This document shows positions 26,640-37,864 of a stretch of 64,000 nt of DNA, in pieces. Source of the stretch: Takakia lepidozioides (lineage: Eukaryota; Plantae; Bryophyta); NCBI GenBank assembly GCA_030704615.1, contig CM060731.1:36084001-36148000 (forward strand), in the 5' to 3' direction. How positions within the stretch are numbered: position 1 is the stretch's first letter; the number at the start of each line of letters is the position of its first letter. The position numbers and the translations under genes are program-made. The notes below the pieces were generated by a model that did no database searches, was not told the origin of the DNA, and saw only the letters and a list, made by a program, of their open reading frames with translations.

Positions 26640-26945
26640 CATATTAACAAATGTGTCTTGAAAAAAATAACCAAGACAGGAGGCCATGATGCCAGGGCCA
26701 CACATGCCATATACGTCCGTAGAATGCAGCTCCTATAATGCAAGTGCTAGCACAAAGCGGGCAGTTTGGAGAGGGATAAAGGTGGGGCCAAAAGACGTGT
26801 TTGCGTTGGTGACCCATGTATTGGGCGTATCGGAATTTGAGAGTCTGTGATTTGGGCATCGGTGGCGAGGCGAGGCGAATGTGCAAGAAGTGATTAGATA
26901 GCTTATGGTGGAGCACCTCGGATTGTATCCATTTCTGGACATGCG
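26640..26945 (-). mobile_element. LINE C-terminal fragment
   Basis: LKFRYAQYMGHQRKHVFWPHLYPSPNCPLC resembles the post-RT zinc-knuckle region of non-LTR elements; T-rich tract at ~26593. Confidence 0.5.
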
Positions 26946-26994
26946 GTTTAGAATGACTATGGGATGGGGGATGCTTGAGCCTGAGCGTGAGCGC

Positions 26995-27155
26995 GCGTGA
27001 GCATTGGCGGGCTCACACCACGTCAGCAGTTATTGCCACGTTGGCTGACAGGTCCGATGCCACGTCACGTCATGCCACGTCATTTTCATAGGCATGTCCC
27101 TATAACCGCGGACGGAATAGGCAAATGGGGGCCTATAGCCGCGGATTGCGCATTC
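26995..27155. mobile_element. Mutator-like terminal-repeat-like segment
   Basis: Repeated gccacgtca motifs and a duplicated cctata.ccgcgga; no partner TIR found in the window. Confidence 0.3.
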
Positions 27156-28019
27156 GGCAGACAGGGAACCATGTGTGGGCGAGGAGGCGAGGTGCAGAAG
27201 AGAGTTGAATGTTGCTGAATGATAGTGTTTGTAGATACTGAAATTGTTGTGGATGTATTAATGTCCAGGTCATAAGTCTACAATGGTCATCAGATGATTT
27301 AATGTCATGCTAATGTGGTATTTTACGTTGTTGTCATCAATCTAGAATGGGTGGATGAATTAATGAGGATGAAGCAGAGCCAATGTGGATGGGACACTGC
27401 AAGTATGGATGAATGGGGATGAATAGTTGTGGACAAATGTGGATGAAATATCGTGAATGGATGATAGAGTGGATGAATGTTGAGTGAGGATGTCATTCTA
27501 ACATTTATGAAAACCAAGCACAACGATCAATGTCGTTTGCACAAACATTAGAAATTGTGCCTAAAATCTCTCATGAAGCACATGATAAGATTTAATGAAT
27601 GTCTGGCATTTGGGGAAAGGTAGATAGATGACAGCAACGTAGAAAAAGACAACACAGCAGATGTGAGAGTGATCTTTCATTCTGCGACTTTGTCCAAGTG
27701 CTTACTGCAACATTCTGGTGTGCAGCACACTCCTTTTTAGCTGTCCTCTTCAGTGTTGACACATTGTGAGTCATTTCAATACTTCCTGCAACGCACCACC
27801 TGACCACGCTAAACATGGTTTGGACTCCAATGCATCTTGTTGCCCCTGCCAGTGAGGTAGAAATGTGCTCATGTGTCTTACGAGAGCACTGCAACTTTCA
27901 TGGTTTTTCATTAGGACCATTACACAACAACATACAAAATCAATTTGGCTCTCGTTTGTGCATGAGGAGGAATTCCGGGTCTTTCAACATTGTGTAACAG
28001 AAATTGACGAAACGACTGC

Positions 28020-28495
28020 CTTGTCTTCTTGTTTGACCCATAACCAATGTTAGGCATTAAACTTGCGCTGAAACCGAGAGTCCACAAATCATCCACTAGG
28101 TGCATTGTCTTCTTGTTTGACCCATAACCAATGATAGGCATGAGGATGCTGCCCTTGAACTTGCGCTGAACCCGAGAGTCCACAAATCATCCCCTAGGTG
28201 CATTGTCTTTTGTTTGACCCATAACCAATGTTAGGCATGAGGATCCCGCCTTTGAACTTGCGCTGAAACCGAGAGTCCATAGATCATCCACTAGGTGCAC
28301 TGTCTTATTGTTTGAACCATAACCAATGTTAGGCATCAGGATGTTGCCCTTGAACTTACGTTGAACCCGAGAGTCCACAAATCATCCCCTAGGTGCCTTG
28401 TCTTCTTGTTTGACCCATAACCAATGTTAGGCATCAGGAGGCTGCCTTTGAACTTGCGTTGGACCCGAGAGTCAATACATACATCATCCCCTAGG
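28020..28495. repeat. Tandem repeat, ~98-bp unit, about 5 copies
   Basis: Unit ttgtcttcttgtttgacccataaccaatgttaggcat...ttgaacttgcgctgaacccgagagtccacaaatcatcccctagg starts at ~28021, 28105, 28203, 28300, 28398. Confidence 0.92.
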
Positions 28496-28749
28496 CTTGC
28501 ACCTTAAACCCTTTGAAATGCACATTGCCAGAATGATGCGAATGAGAGACTCAAACAAATAGTTGTTTGTTGTACATTACAATCAAAGCCTATAAGCCAG
28601 GATACAACTGTTCACTGTATGAAGTGCATAGAAGCCACTGTTGTAAATGCATACACGCCATGAAAATGAGAAACCATCTTTTAACGACATTACAACGAAC
28701 ATGCACAAATTTATTACAAAATTTTGGAGGGACACAAAATGTCTGAAAC

Positions 28750-30340
28750 TCAGAACATCACGAGACCCCCAAAAATGATGAAATTGGCATTTTCACTAGA
28801 ACTATCCCCTGAAACTTGTGCAGTATCATCGACGTAAACCCAAGCTCCGAGGTGCCTATTGTGCTTCAGATCACATGGGGGAGATAACATGAAACTTTGT
28901 TGATGAGCAATGGCCTCCGCGTAGTCGGGTAGGATGTATGAACGTGGAGGGTTGTACCACAAGTCACTGTGAAGAATAGAGACGTCGACCAAAGGAATAG
29001 CTTCCAATAATTTGCCACCCAAAGTGCCACAATTGCATTAGCTACCATGAATGAGAAAGGGGGGGCCATTTTCGTGGGAGAAATCAGATGCTTACAAAAA
29101 ATCAACTTACTCACATGCGAAATCGTTGTCCAGGGCTTTGTTGTCCCCTTCGTTGATTTCCACATGCACTATACCCTACTGTTGTTGGGCGGCAGGCGCT
29201 GGCGCTTCCAAGTTATGGAAAAGGTCACTGAAAATGGCCGCATCCCCTTCCATACCAAACAAATGTCTGCCCGATGCCTTGCAAGCATGGTACGAAGCTC
29301 CTGCAAGACAGAGTATTGTTAGGACGATGTAACAAATTTTGCACCAAGAAGAAAACACCGCAGCAGGTTCGGGGTGAAACCTGTGCCAAGAGTGAGGTCC
29401 ACGATGCGCGCCCCCGGATGGAAACAAGTCTCCACAATTGTTTGAATAAATGTTGGGCTCTTCTCCTTGGCCCCTCTCCATGGTGTGGAATTGGACTTTC
29501 GCAAGCACACATTGGAATCCACGTAATTGTAGTGAATGTCGTCCACCACTGGATCAAACTTATCGTTGATGAAACAACCTCCCCCATGAAGCCTGAACTC
29601 CTTCACTGCTATGGGAGTCGAAGCAAGGTGCACTCTGACGAGGCAGAAACACATCACAACTGTAACTTCGGAGAATAGGATAATGATCGTTCGAGAAATG
29701 AGAGAAGGTCATATAGAGAACACTCAAAAATTGCGTACATCGACGCACGCAATTTCTGGAGGTTCTCTCTATGGCCTTCTCTCATTTCTGGAACTCTAAT
29801 CTCAGGATGGTACAACCATTATGAAATGTGAAAGTCCTTCCTCCTATGCAGTAGATGAAAAGTGAGTAGTGGGTCACCTCCGGGTTTGGGTGTTGTGCAT
29901 TGCCTGCATCCCTGTGGTCTTACTCTGGATGATCAAGCAGAAAATAGCAGAAAAGAGGGCAAGAAAATTGCGTGCGCCACCGCACGCAATTTTCATGCCT
30001 TGTAAACTTGATTGAAGATAGCAAGTAAGAGAATCACCTGAGGTCCTTTGGCTGAAGAACTCCCAGATGCCTTCGATGTAGCAACAATGGCGGCTGTTCT
30101 CCCAGTTTGGCCAGCCTTCTTACCCTTCGGCGTCGCCTCCTCCTCCACGACATTCTTCCCCTTTGGCGTGGATTTCTTCGCAACAACATCTGGCTCGTCT
30201 GTGTCGTCCTCTGACACAGTTTCGTCCCCAAGTTCATCAGGAGCTGGCGGCTGGTCCTCCCCCGCCATGTGTTCGGTTTCCAAGGCCGCGCTCTCCTCTG
30301 CAATCTCCTTCAGTGTCATGTTCAGCTTGTGACCTTTCAT
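28750..30340 (-). pseudogene. Transposon-associated spliced gene with a beta-class N4C/N6A DNA methyltransferase-like SAM-binding region and an acidic N-terminal exon
   Basis: Removing the GT-AG intron 29380-29301 joins PWRGAKEKSPTFIQTIVETCFHPGARIVDLTLGTG to ASYHACKASGRHLFGMEGDAAIFSDLF in frame; TAG at 29176-29178 looks premature. Confidence 0.65.
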
Positions 30341-31145
30341 TCTTTCTCTTGCCTTCTTCCTCTCTCGCCTTCTTCCTCTCTCGCGCTGAAGTAAAAAAGA
30401 ATGATTGTCTTCTACGCCTTCCACTCTCTCGCGCAGAACTCTGTCTCCTGCTACTCTCTAGCTTGAAAAACTACGATCTACTGGGATGAGAGACATCGTG
30501 CGATGAGTAGCAGACGGGGCATCGCTCTCGGCGGTTATGCATGTATTCACTGCATACGTGTCCCCCTCCTAACGGCACACTCGTCCATTCTGCAGTGGCC
30601 GTCGTCTTTCATTATGGAGGTATGGCCATCACATAGATTTGATACGGATGGATGACTTATTTCACTAGATTTTTTGGATTCTTCCGGTTCAACATCTTCC
30701 ATTTGTTCGCCGCTGATATCTCTTAAACCCTTCACTCAATGCATATGTCGGCTTCCACGTGGCTGAACACATTGGGATGGCATGGGATGTCGGTCTCCGC
30801 CGTCATTTCACATGGTCGGTAAAGGCACATAACTGCTTACCAACTGTTTTATGAATTGTTTTGACAACTATTTCTGAAAGGCTCTTTAACGGTATGTCAG
30901 CTTTTAAAATAGGTTTGGGCTGACCCTTCCAGAACGGTTTAGGACATACATGACGTGTTGTCCTTTGCCGACCTCGTTAGTAAAGGTGATGGACTTCTAG
31001 GTTTTGGTCTGAAATGCAAAGCATGAGAAATGTAATCCCCACTATCATTTGTAACAAGAATCCGCACATAAGTTGTGGCTTCCGCACTTCTGCGAGGGAA
31101 TTTCTCTTGCAGCAATATGGCTTCCTCTGAAGCGAAGTTTTACTT

Positions 31146-33589
31146 GTGGAGAAACCAGTACCTTTCTCGAAGGATACCGATGACAATGGTTTTGCAATTG
31201 CAGAGGATCATCTCCTATCAACGCATTTCGAGTTCCAGTATGGTGTTGTGTGGCTCAAAAGAGAGGTTTACGGTGTCGATGGGAAATTGATGAAGTATGT
31301 TTTCCAGAAACCGGATGAAAACGCACTCATGAGTCAGTGGAGAGTTCCTCCAGGAATCCTCCAGGAAGATACAGGGTTCTTGGAGCTCCTCGCCGGCAGT
31401 CGATTGGTTCGTATGTGACGCCGGGAACTATTGCTTCTGTTGTTCAAGACAAGAGGAATGTGGTCGTGAAGACGGAGCCCACAACTTCCAGACAAATTGT
31501 TGAGCTCTCCGACTCCTCGAAGAAGGACATTCCGAAAATTCCTTTTGTGGTTCCTTCTCCGGTGGTCGTGGTGCCGGAATTGAAGGACCTGTGTAGTGTC
31601 ATTCCTAAACTGAAGTCAATGGGAGGAATGCCCGGTTTCAAGAGTGAATTGCGGGGGATTGACTTAGACACTGTCCCTATTGAGCGTGTGCTGTACCTTC
31701 CGGGGACTTTTGATGGGGATGTCGTCTTCGAGCTGGCTCCACCTGGGCGGGGTGGACCTATTTCGAGCCTCATGCACGGAACGGACAAGAGACACGATGG
31801 ACACCCATGGTGCAGAACGAAGACATCCAATATTCAAAAGCTCGTGTTCAGGAGAGCGGTGTGCAATGGGCACCTGAGGTGCGAGAATTTGAGTTGCAGA
31901 CGTTTCCTGCGGTCAGAGGTTCAGAACCAGAGTGAGTGAGAGGGTGTCGCCGAGAATCCTTTCAAGCCCGGTGAAGCACCTCCAAGCTCCAACACTTTTG
32001 TTTGCAAGTTCTGCAAACGAGCACCTTCATGTGTGGCAGTGTGTGGAGCAAGAATGTATTATGTGGTACACCATTTTCCAACCTTGACTAGAGCCGATGA
32101 GCATTTCAGGTTCCACAACCATCCAGTGTCGAAGGGGGACTACAGGGAAAGTGTTGAAACAGTGTCCAGGTTGATAAGACAAGAGTATGAGAGCAATCCA
32201 ACAGCCACCACCTCCACAATTGTTCTTGGAGCAAGCAAGACTTTCTTGGAATCCCATATTCTTAGTGAAGGAGATTTTATGGGCAGGAAACTCGACGGGC
32301 CAGCCTTGGACAATGTTATGGATCACTTCTCTACCTTGAGCTCGCCGAACATTAAAAACCAGGTGAATGCATTGAGGATGGGCTCTGCTAACAGAGGGTA
32401 CGTTGATAACATTTTTGAGTTGAAGCGATGGAGCAGATATAACTACATTCAAGAGAGTTTGTTCCCAGGTCAAGGGTTGAACAAGTGTATCTTTTCAAAA
32501 TGTCCACAGCCGGGTGGGGCAGCAGAGTCAGTCTTGTGAAGCGCATGCAGAAGGGTGACGATCTTCAAAACTGTTTCCTTATGTTTGATCATGTCAAATG
32601 AGTGAAAGACTCGACTACAATGGCATGTCATGTTTACGATCCTTTCTACCAGCGAGTCATGACAATTGCAGTGTGTGACATGCAATCAGAGGATGCGGAT
32701 TCGCAGCAGCTAATGTGGAGAAGTCTCATTTGCGTTATGGACTCCCAAGGTGTCCCATCTCCAAATTTCGCTAGATTTATGGCCGACAGTACTCAAGTGA
32801 ATTTCAATGCTGTTCGTATTGTGTTTGGATCAGGAAATCCAAAGGTGTCAATGCCAGGAAGAGAGCGAACATGTCTTTCCCATTGGACGCAGTCCCTTGA
32901 GAAACATACAAAAGTAGACATCAAACGGGAAATGCAGCCTACTCATCTTAGGCTATGCAAACAGTACAAAGATGCCAAAAGCATGGCAGAGGCAAATACA
33001 TTGTTCCAGACAATTCGTGCCTGGTGTTACTAATCTGGGGCTGCATCAGAAGACAGTATGAGAGGCTAGAAGACTGGCTGGTATTTTGGCACTTCTGGTA
33101 CAGACAATGGGGAGCATGCATGACAACGGTGCGTGGATTTGAAAACTTGCAAATTTCATTGAATTTGTATCAATCTCCAATCATGTCTGTTGTGGTGGGG
33201 TATGCATGTCCTCTTTCTGATATATGTTTTTTCATTCTGCAGCACTTCTCAATTGAGGAGATGGCGGACATGCCCTCTTGCAATCTGGCGGAGACAGTAC
33301 ACAATGTATGGTTACAACAATCTGGAAAGCGGGGCCGGGATTTGTATGTGGCGACGGCAGATGATCTGATTCGAGCTCTACTGCAACAGACGAGATATCG
33401 GGAGTTCTTGCAGGATGGCGTTGGTGGCAAGGGTCCAGACAAATCCGAGTTGATATTGCGAGCAGCAAGAAGATCAGGGGATCCGAACAAGATTGCCAGG
33501 GCTATCAGCATGTGTGCGGAAGGAACTCCACTGGTGTCCAGAGTTCCTGATCTGGAGGGTGAGGAGAGATTCGGGTCTTGTAAACGGAA
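31146..33589 (+). mobile_element. Decayed Mutator-like (MULE-type DDE) transposase with an N-terminal GCM/WRKY-like zinc-binding region
   Basis: CNGHLRCENLSC...CKFC...C...HNHP zinc ligands; FDHVK, FMADS, CLSH (C/DxxH signature), SCNLAETVHN; TGA stops at ~31937 and ~32598, frameshifts, probable intron ~33129-33242; truncated by the LTR at 33590. Confidence 0.75.
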
Positions 33590-33841
33590 TGTTGTGCGCA
33601 TACATATCGCTACACAACTACATCGCTGACCAGAATCACACAACACATGTGCACACCAAACACTAGTCTATCACTAGTCCACCACTAGTGCACCACTAGG
33701 CTGCCACTAGACAACCACTAGTCAGCACTAGTGCAACCACTAGTGCAGCCACTAGTCCACCACTAGTCCACCACTAGGCTGCCACTAGCCACCACTAGTG
33801 TAGCCACTAGTCAATCACTAGGCTGCCACTAGTCCATCACA
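33590..33841 (-). mobile_element. Isolated LTR copy with a CCACTAG minisatellite, same family as 41169-41487
   Basis: TG...CA ends; gtgcgcatacatatcgctacacaact...cacacaacacatgtgcacaccaaacactagtctatcactagt shared with 41169; no TSD seen. Confidence 0.75.
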
Positions 33842-34669
33842 ATGATAAAGAAATGAATGATACAAACATACAAGCTCTTTCAAACTCACATACTTGCACA
33901 TGAAAACATCACTCATATATTAAGTCGAGCCAAGTGCACCCCACGCCATGGGGAATCAACACTACGGCTCCATAGCTAGACGCGGTGATGCTCAACTCGA
34001 GGAATATGAGCCCACCGCGATCTGCCGTGAAGACCCGGGGGGTGCACTCTTCATAAAAAGACCATATCACGTGCGTGCATCAGCCAATAAAAAAATACCC
34101 CTGTATATAGGTTACTTCATGAATTTATCATATGTATATATATACTTTAAAATTTATTAAACCCCCTAAAATATTTATATATAAAAACATTTTAATAAAT
34201 AACAACACCCTGCTGTATGTATTCATGTGTTGATTCAGAATATAATAAACCCTTTACTTATGTATAATTTTTAATACAAAGCTATAGACAAATTATAGAT
34301 CTGATTTTAAAAAGATCAAAATAACTCGTGTAACCAATAAAAATTAGTGTAAATTTTATTTTTTGTTTATAAAATTATTAAAAACATGATGAAATGTGTT
34401 GAGAAATGTGCCTTCATTAGTAGTGCCTTGTTTTATCAATTGTGCTGATGTCGCTGTTGTTTCCACTTAGGCCAGAACAAGAAGATTTTTTTTAAGAAAA
34501 GGGGGGTGGATTTGTGTGCAGCAGTTGCTACTGCTGCTCCTCTCTCCCTCCCCCGTTTTTCTTGGCCTAAATAGGGGGGAGAGAGACAGCAGCAGCAGCT
34601 GCTGCTCTCTCCCTGCTTAGGCAAACAAAGAGAAAAAAAAACAATAATAGTAATAACAGATCTCGGTGC

Positions 34670-35092
34670 TCCCACATTTGACATACATGTTGACGTGGGT
34701 GCTGTTCAGAATGACACCTGATATAACCCTAGCTTTGACAGCATCACCATGGACCTCTTTGCCTTTTTCGAGGGCTGCTTGCATGGTTGTTCATGCATTA
34801 TAAACATAAACGAACATGATATGGTCCAACTTCAAGCCTTCCTGCATCATTTGCTCATAGGTCTCTGTGTCAAAGTCTTCATCTTGCACCCCTCCTATGT
34901 ATATCCTGCATTCATCACGTTCCACAACACCACATCTTGTTCAACCATTTTGTCAAGACATTGCATCTAGTTAAACCACCTTGCTACACCCGCTCTTCAA
35001 TTACATGTCCACCAAGGTAGGGCTCAGAATGACACCTGATACAATTCCAGCTCTTACGATGTCACCATGGACTTCTTTGCCCTTTTCGAAAG
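34670..35092 (-). pseudogene. Degenerate PPR fragment
   Basis: Reverse strand resembles the PPR repeats at 36580-37200 (gaaaagggcaaagaagtccatggtgacatc, LVDM, DVVLWN). Confidence 0.55.
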
Positions 35093-35105
35093 GGTATCAG
35101 GAGAG

Positions 35106-35138
<33 letters not shown>

Positions 35139-35139
35139 C

Positions 35140-35258
35140 CCCTTAAGCTCCCGACGCGATGAATTCGAGGTCAGATGGTGGGGTCAACTGCAACGTATGA
35201 CTAATACCAGATATCCTAAGTTAATCGACTCTATATCTTGGAAGCAGGACTGCCCTGT
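35140..35258 (+). mobile_element. Internal fragment of LINE family A
   Basis: LSSRRDEFEVRWWGQLQRMTN matches 14065-14170 (LSSRRDEFKVRWWGQLQHMSN). Confidence 0.8.
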
Positions 35259-35358
35259 AGATTTCAAATAGTTTGGATTTTAATTTAATGTCCCGGTAGC
35301 TATATAAACTATTCTAAATGTCAAATTGTTGTACAAGGAAGAATAAGCTCATGTGAAA

Positions 35359-36084
35359 TGTCGCGGCCCTTTGCCTTGAGGGCAGGGGGTTGGGACGCAG
35401 AGGGGCTGCCCCTGTGGTGGGGGCGGTGGCAGCAATAGGTGTTGGGGGCTGAAGCACCCTTGAGTGCCCAAAGGCATTCAAGGAGGCGGAGGCGCTCACT
35501 AGGTGGAGCCCCGCACACCGGGTTGCGGTGGGGGTGGCTCCACAAGGGGTGGTGGTAGCTTAGTGGGACTTAGTGGGGGTGGCATAGGACTCACCATGGG
35601 GCGGAGACCTGGTGGTGGGAGTCGTGGGGAGTCTTGGGACTCACCATGGTCCAATGGGGCCGTGGTGGGAGGGCCAAGACTCACCGCGACTCATCACCGG
35701 AAATCGAGGGTCTTCGTGGTGGTTCGCCATAAAATGGCATGGTTGTTTGTGAAACCCCCACGGACAGTCACAGAAGTATATATAGGGAGTAGTAACCCCG
35801 AGAACGGTGCAAGCCCGTTGGTGACCAAAAACTAGTGAGTAAGCGAGCGAGCCGGAAAGCGCCCAAGGAGTGGGGAGCTATTCCAGACTGCCATCTACCA
35901 AAGGGAATTTCCACTAGGCCTAAATTGGTGGAGGGTCTGGTGGGAGAGTAAAGGGGGACCGTTATGTCCCGGTGAGCAGCCGAAGCTCCAAGTTGGCCCG
36001 GTGGCCAGGTTGGGAGTTAGGCGCGCGCATCAAAGCGAGTAACTATGACTTGAAGGGGAACTTACCGAAGTGAGGTACGCGACA
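35359..36084. mobile_element. Solo LTR, 726 bp
   Basis: Begins tgtcgcg, ends cgcgaca, flanked by a perfect 5-bp TSD TGAAA (35354-35358 and 36085-36089). Confidence 0.85.
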
Positions 36085-36119
36085 TGAAATGTGATAGGAC
36101 ATACAAGTTGTTGTTAGGT

Positions 36120-37200
36120 GCTGGTAAAATGCACGGAAAACATTATACTGCTCAGATGGATCCCACCTGCTAGCTGCAGCATAGATATTTGATAGCAACA
36201 CATAAGTCGCGGCATCCTGTTCGGCATCATGTTCATCCTACGTGAGGATAGATGTTGCCGCACGTTTAGCCATCTCCACATTGCCATGGATTCTGCAGGC
36301 ACCAAGCAAGGCCTTCCACACCACAACATCTGGATTGATGGCATTTTATTAATCAAGTCCACTGCCTCATCCAGTTGTCCCGCACGTCCAAGAATGTCCA
36401 CCATGCAGCCAAAGTATTTACTGTCAGAGTGACACCATGATCTTGACTAAGGGAATTGAAGTAGTGTCTTCCTTCATCCAGTAGGCCAATGAGCCGCATG
36501 CAAAGAGAACACATATAAAGGTGATACTGTCCAGCTTCAAACCGTTCTTTTGCATTCCTTCAAATAGTTGCAGGACCTCCCTATGACAACCAGGCTGGGC
36601 ATATCCTGCAATCATCGCGTTCCATGACACCACATTTTTGTTCAGACTGCATATTGTCAAATACTCCCTTTGCATCCTCAATGCATCCACATTTCGCATA
36701 CATGTCCACCAGGGCAGTGTCCAGAATGACATTTGGTATAATTCCAACTTTGATGATGTCACCGTGCACCTCTTTGCCCTTTTCCAGGGCTGCCAGGTTT
36801 GCACAAGCATTGCAAACGCACACAAACGTGATGTGGTTGTGCTTCACCCGTTCCCCCATCATTTGCTCATAGGTCTCCAAGGCCTCCATCCCGCGCCCCT
36901 GCTGTGCATATCCTGCAAGCATGGCGTTCCATGACACCAAATCTTGTTCCGCCATATTGTTGAACACTCCCTCCGCATCCCCAATGCTCCCACATTTGGC
37001 ATACATGTCCACAAGGGCAGTGTCCATAATCACATTTGGTACAATTTCAGATTGACATGCAACCATGGACCACTTTGCCCTTTTCCAGGGCTGCGAGGCT
37101 TGCACACAAACATTATGTGGTCGGGCTTCACCCCTTCCCCCATCATTTGCTCATAGGTCTCCAAAGCCTCCATCCCGCGCCCCTGCTATGCATACCCTGA
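36120..37200 (-). pseudogene. PLS-class PPR protein with E domain (organellar RNA-editing-factor type), frameshifted
   Basis: TALVDMYAKCGSIGDAEGVFNNMAEQDLVSWNAMLAGYAQQG, ITFVCVCNACANLAALEKGKEVH, MVDILGRAGQLDEAVDLINKMP, plus ALLGACRIHGN and YVLLSNIYA in shifted frames. Confidence 0.88.
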
Positions 37201-37864
37201 GGGACCTGCCAGCCTGTACCCCCCCCCCCAAACAATGAGCACACCACTATCAGTGCCCTCCCTCTCTCTTTCTCTTAGCAAGAATATGTGAAGGAGCAGG
37301 GATGGAACGTGGGTTCAGATTCATGCAAGAGGGCTGCATTTCAAGCACAAAACTACCCATGATTCTTTGCCCTGCCCCCTGCAGCTGCTGCCTTTAGTTG
37401 ACAATCTACGTCTGCTACTCCTTGTAACCTAACATGCATTCACCTCGACATGAAAATTTAGGAGCGACTCTAAAAACAAGGTGAAATGTGTTGAAGAAGA
37501 TACCTTTGAACGATAGCAGTGCCTTGTTCTATCAATTGTGCTGCTACCGCTGCTGTTTCCAGTTGACCATCTACCCACGCATTCCAAATCCTGGCATGTG
37601 GACATCGTAGCATGTCAGTCTATAATACATCTATGGAGCTGTGGGTTGATGTGATGGGAAGATCGGGCATGATGCCTCAACATGGAAAAAGACCACCACT
37701 GACAATTAGTATACTACAGCTGTCTTTGACTTCAGCCGTCCTGTCTTCATAAGCCTCTTTCCCCTCAAGTTCAGCACCTTAAATCAAAAAATTGAGACAA
37801 CCACCTTCTTGCCTAATCTAACCTTAAGTTGAAACACTCATCATCATAAGTCTGTTGAGAATGT

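Noticed and set aside
27592-27900. Possible displaced C-terminus of the Mutator-like transposase
   Set aside because: No convincing SWIM or other motif in any frame I read
28020-28495. CRISPR-like array
   Set aside because: Whole units repeat with no unique spacers, there are no cas genes, and the context is eukaryotic
35503-35835. Gly-rich and Pro-rich ORFs
   Set aside because: Products of GC-rich sequence inside a solo LTR with a TSD
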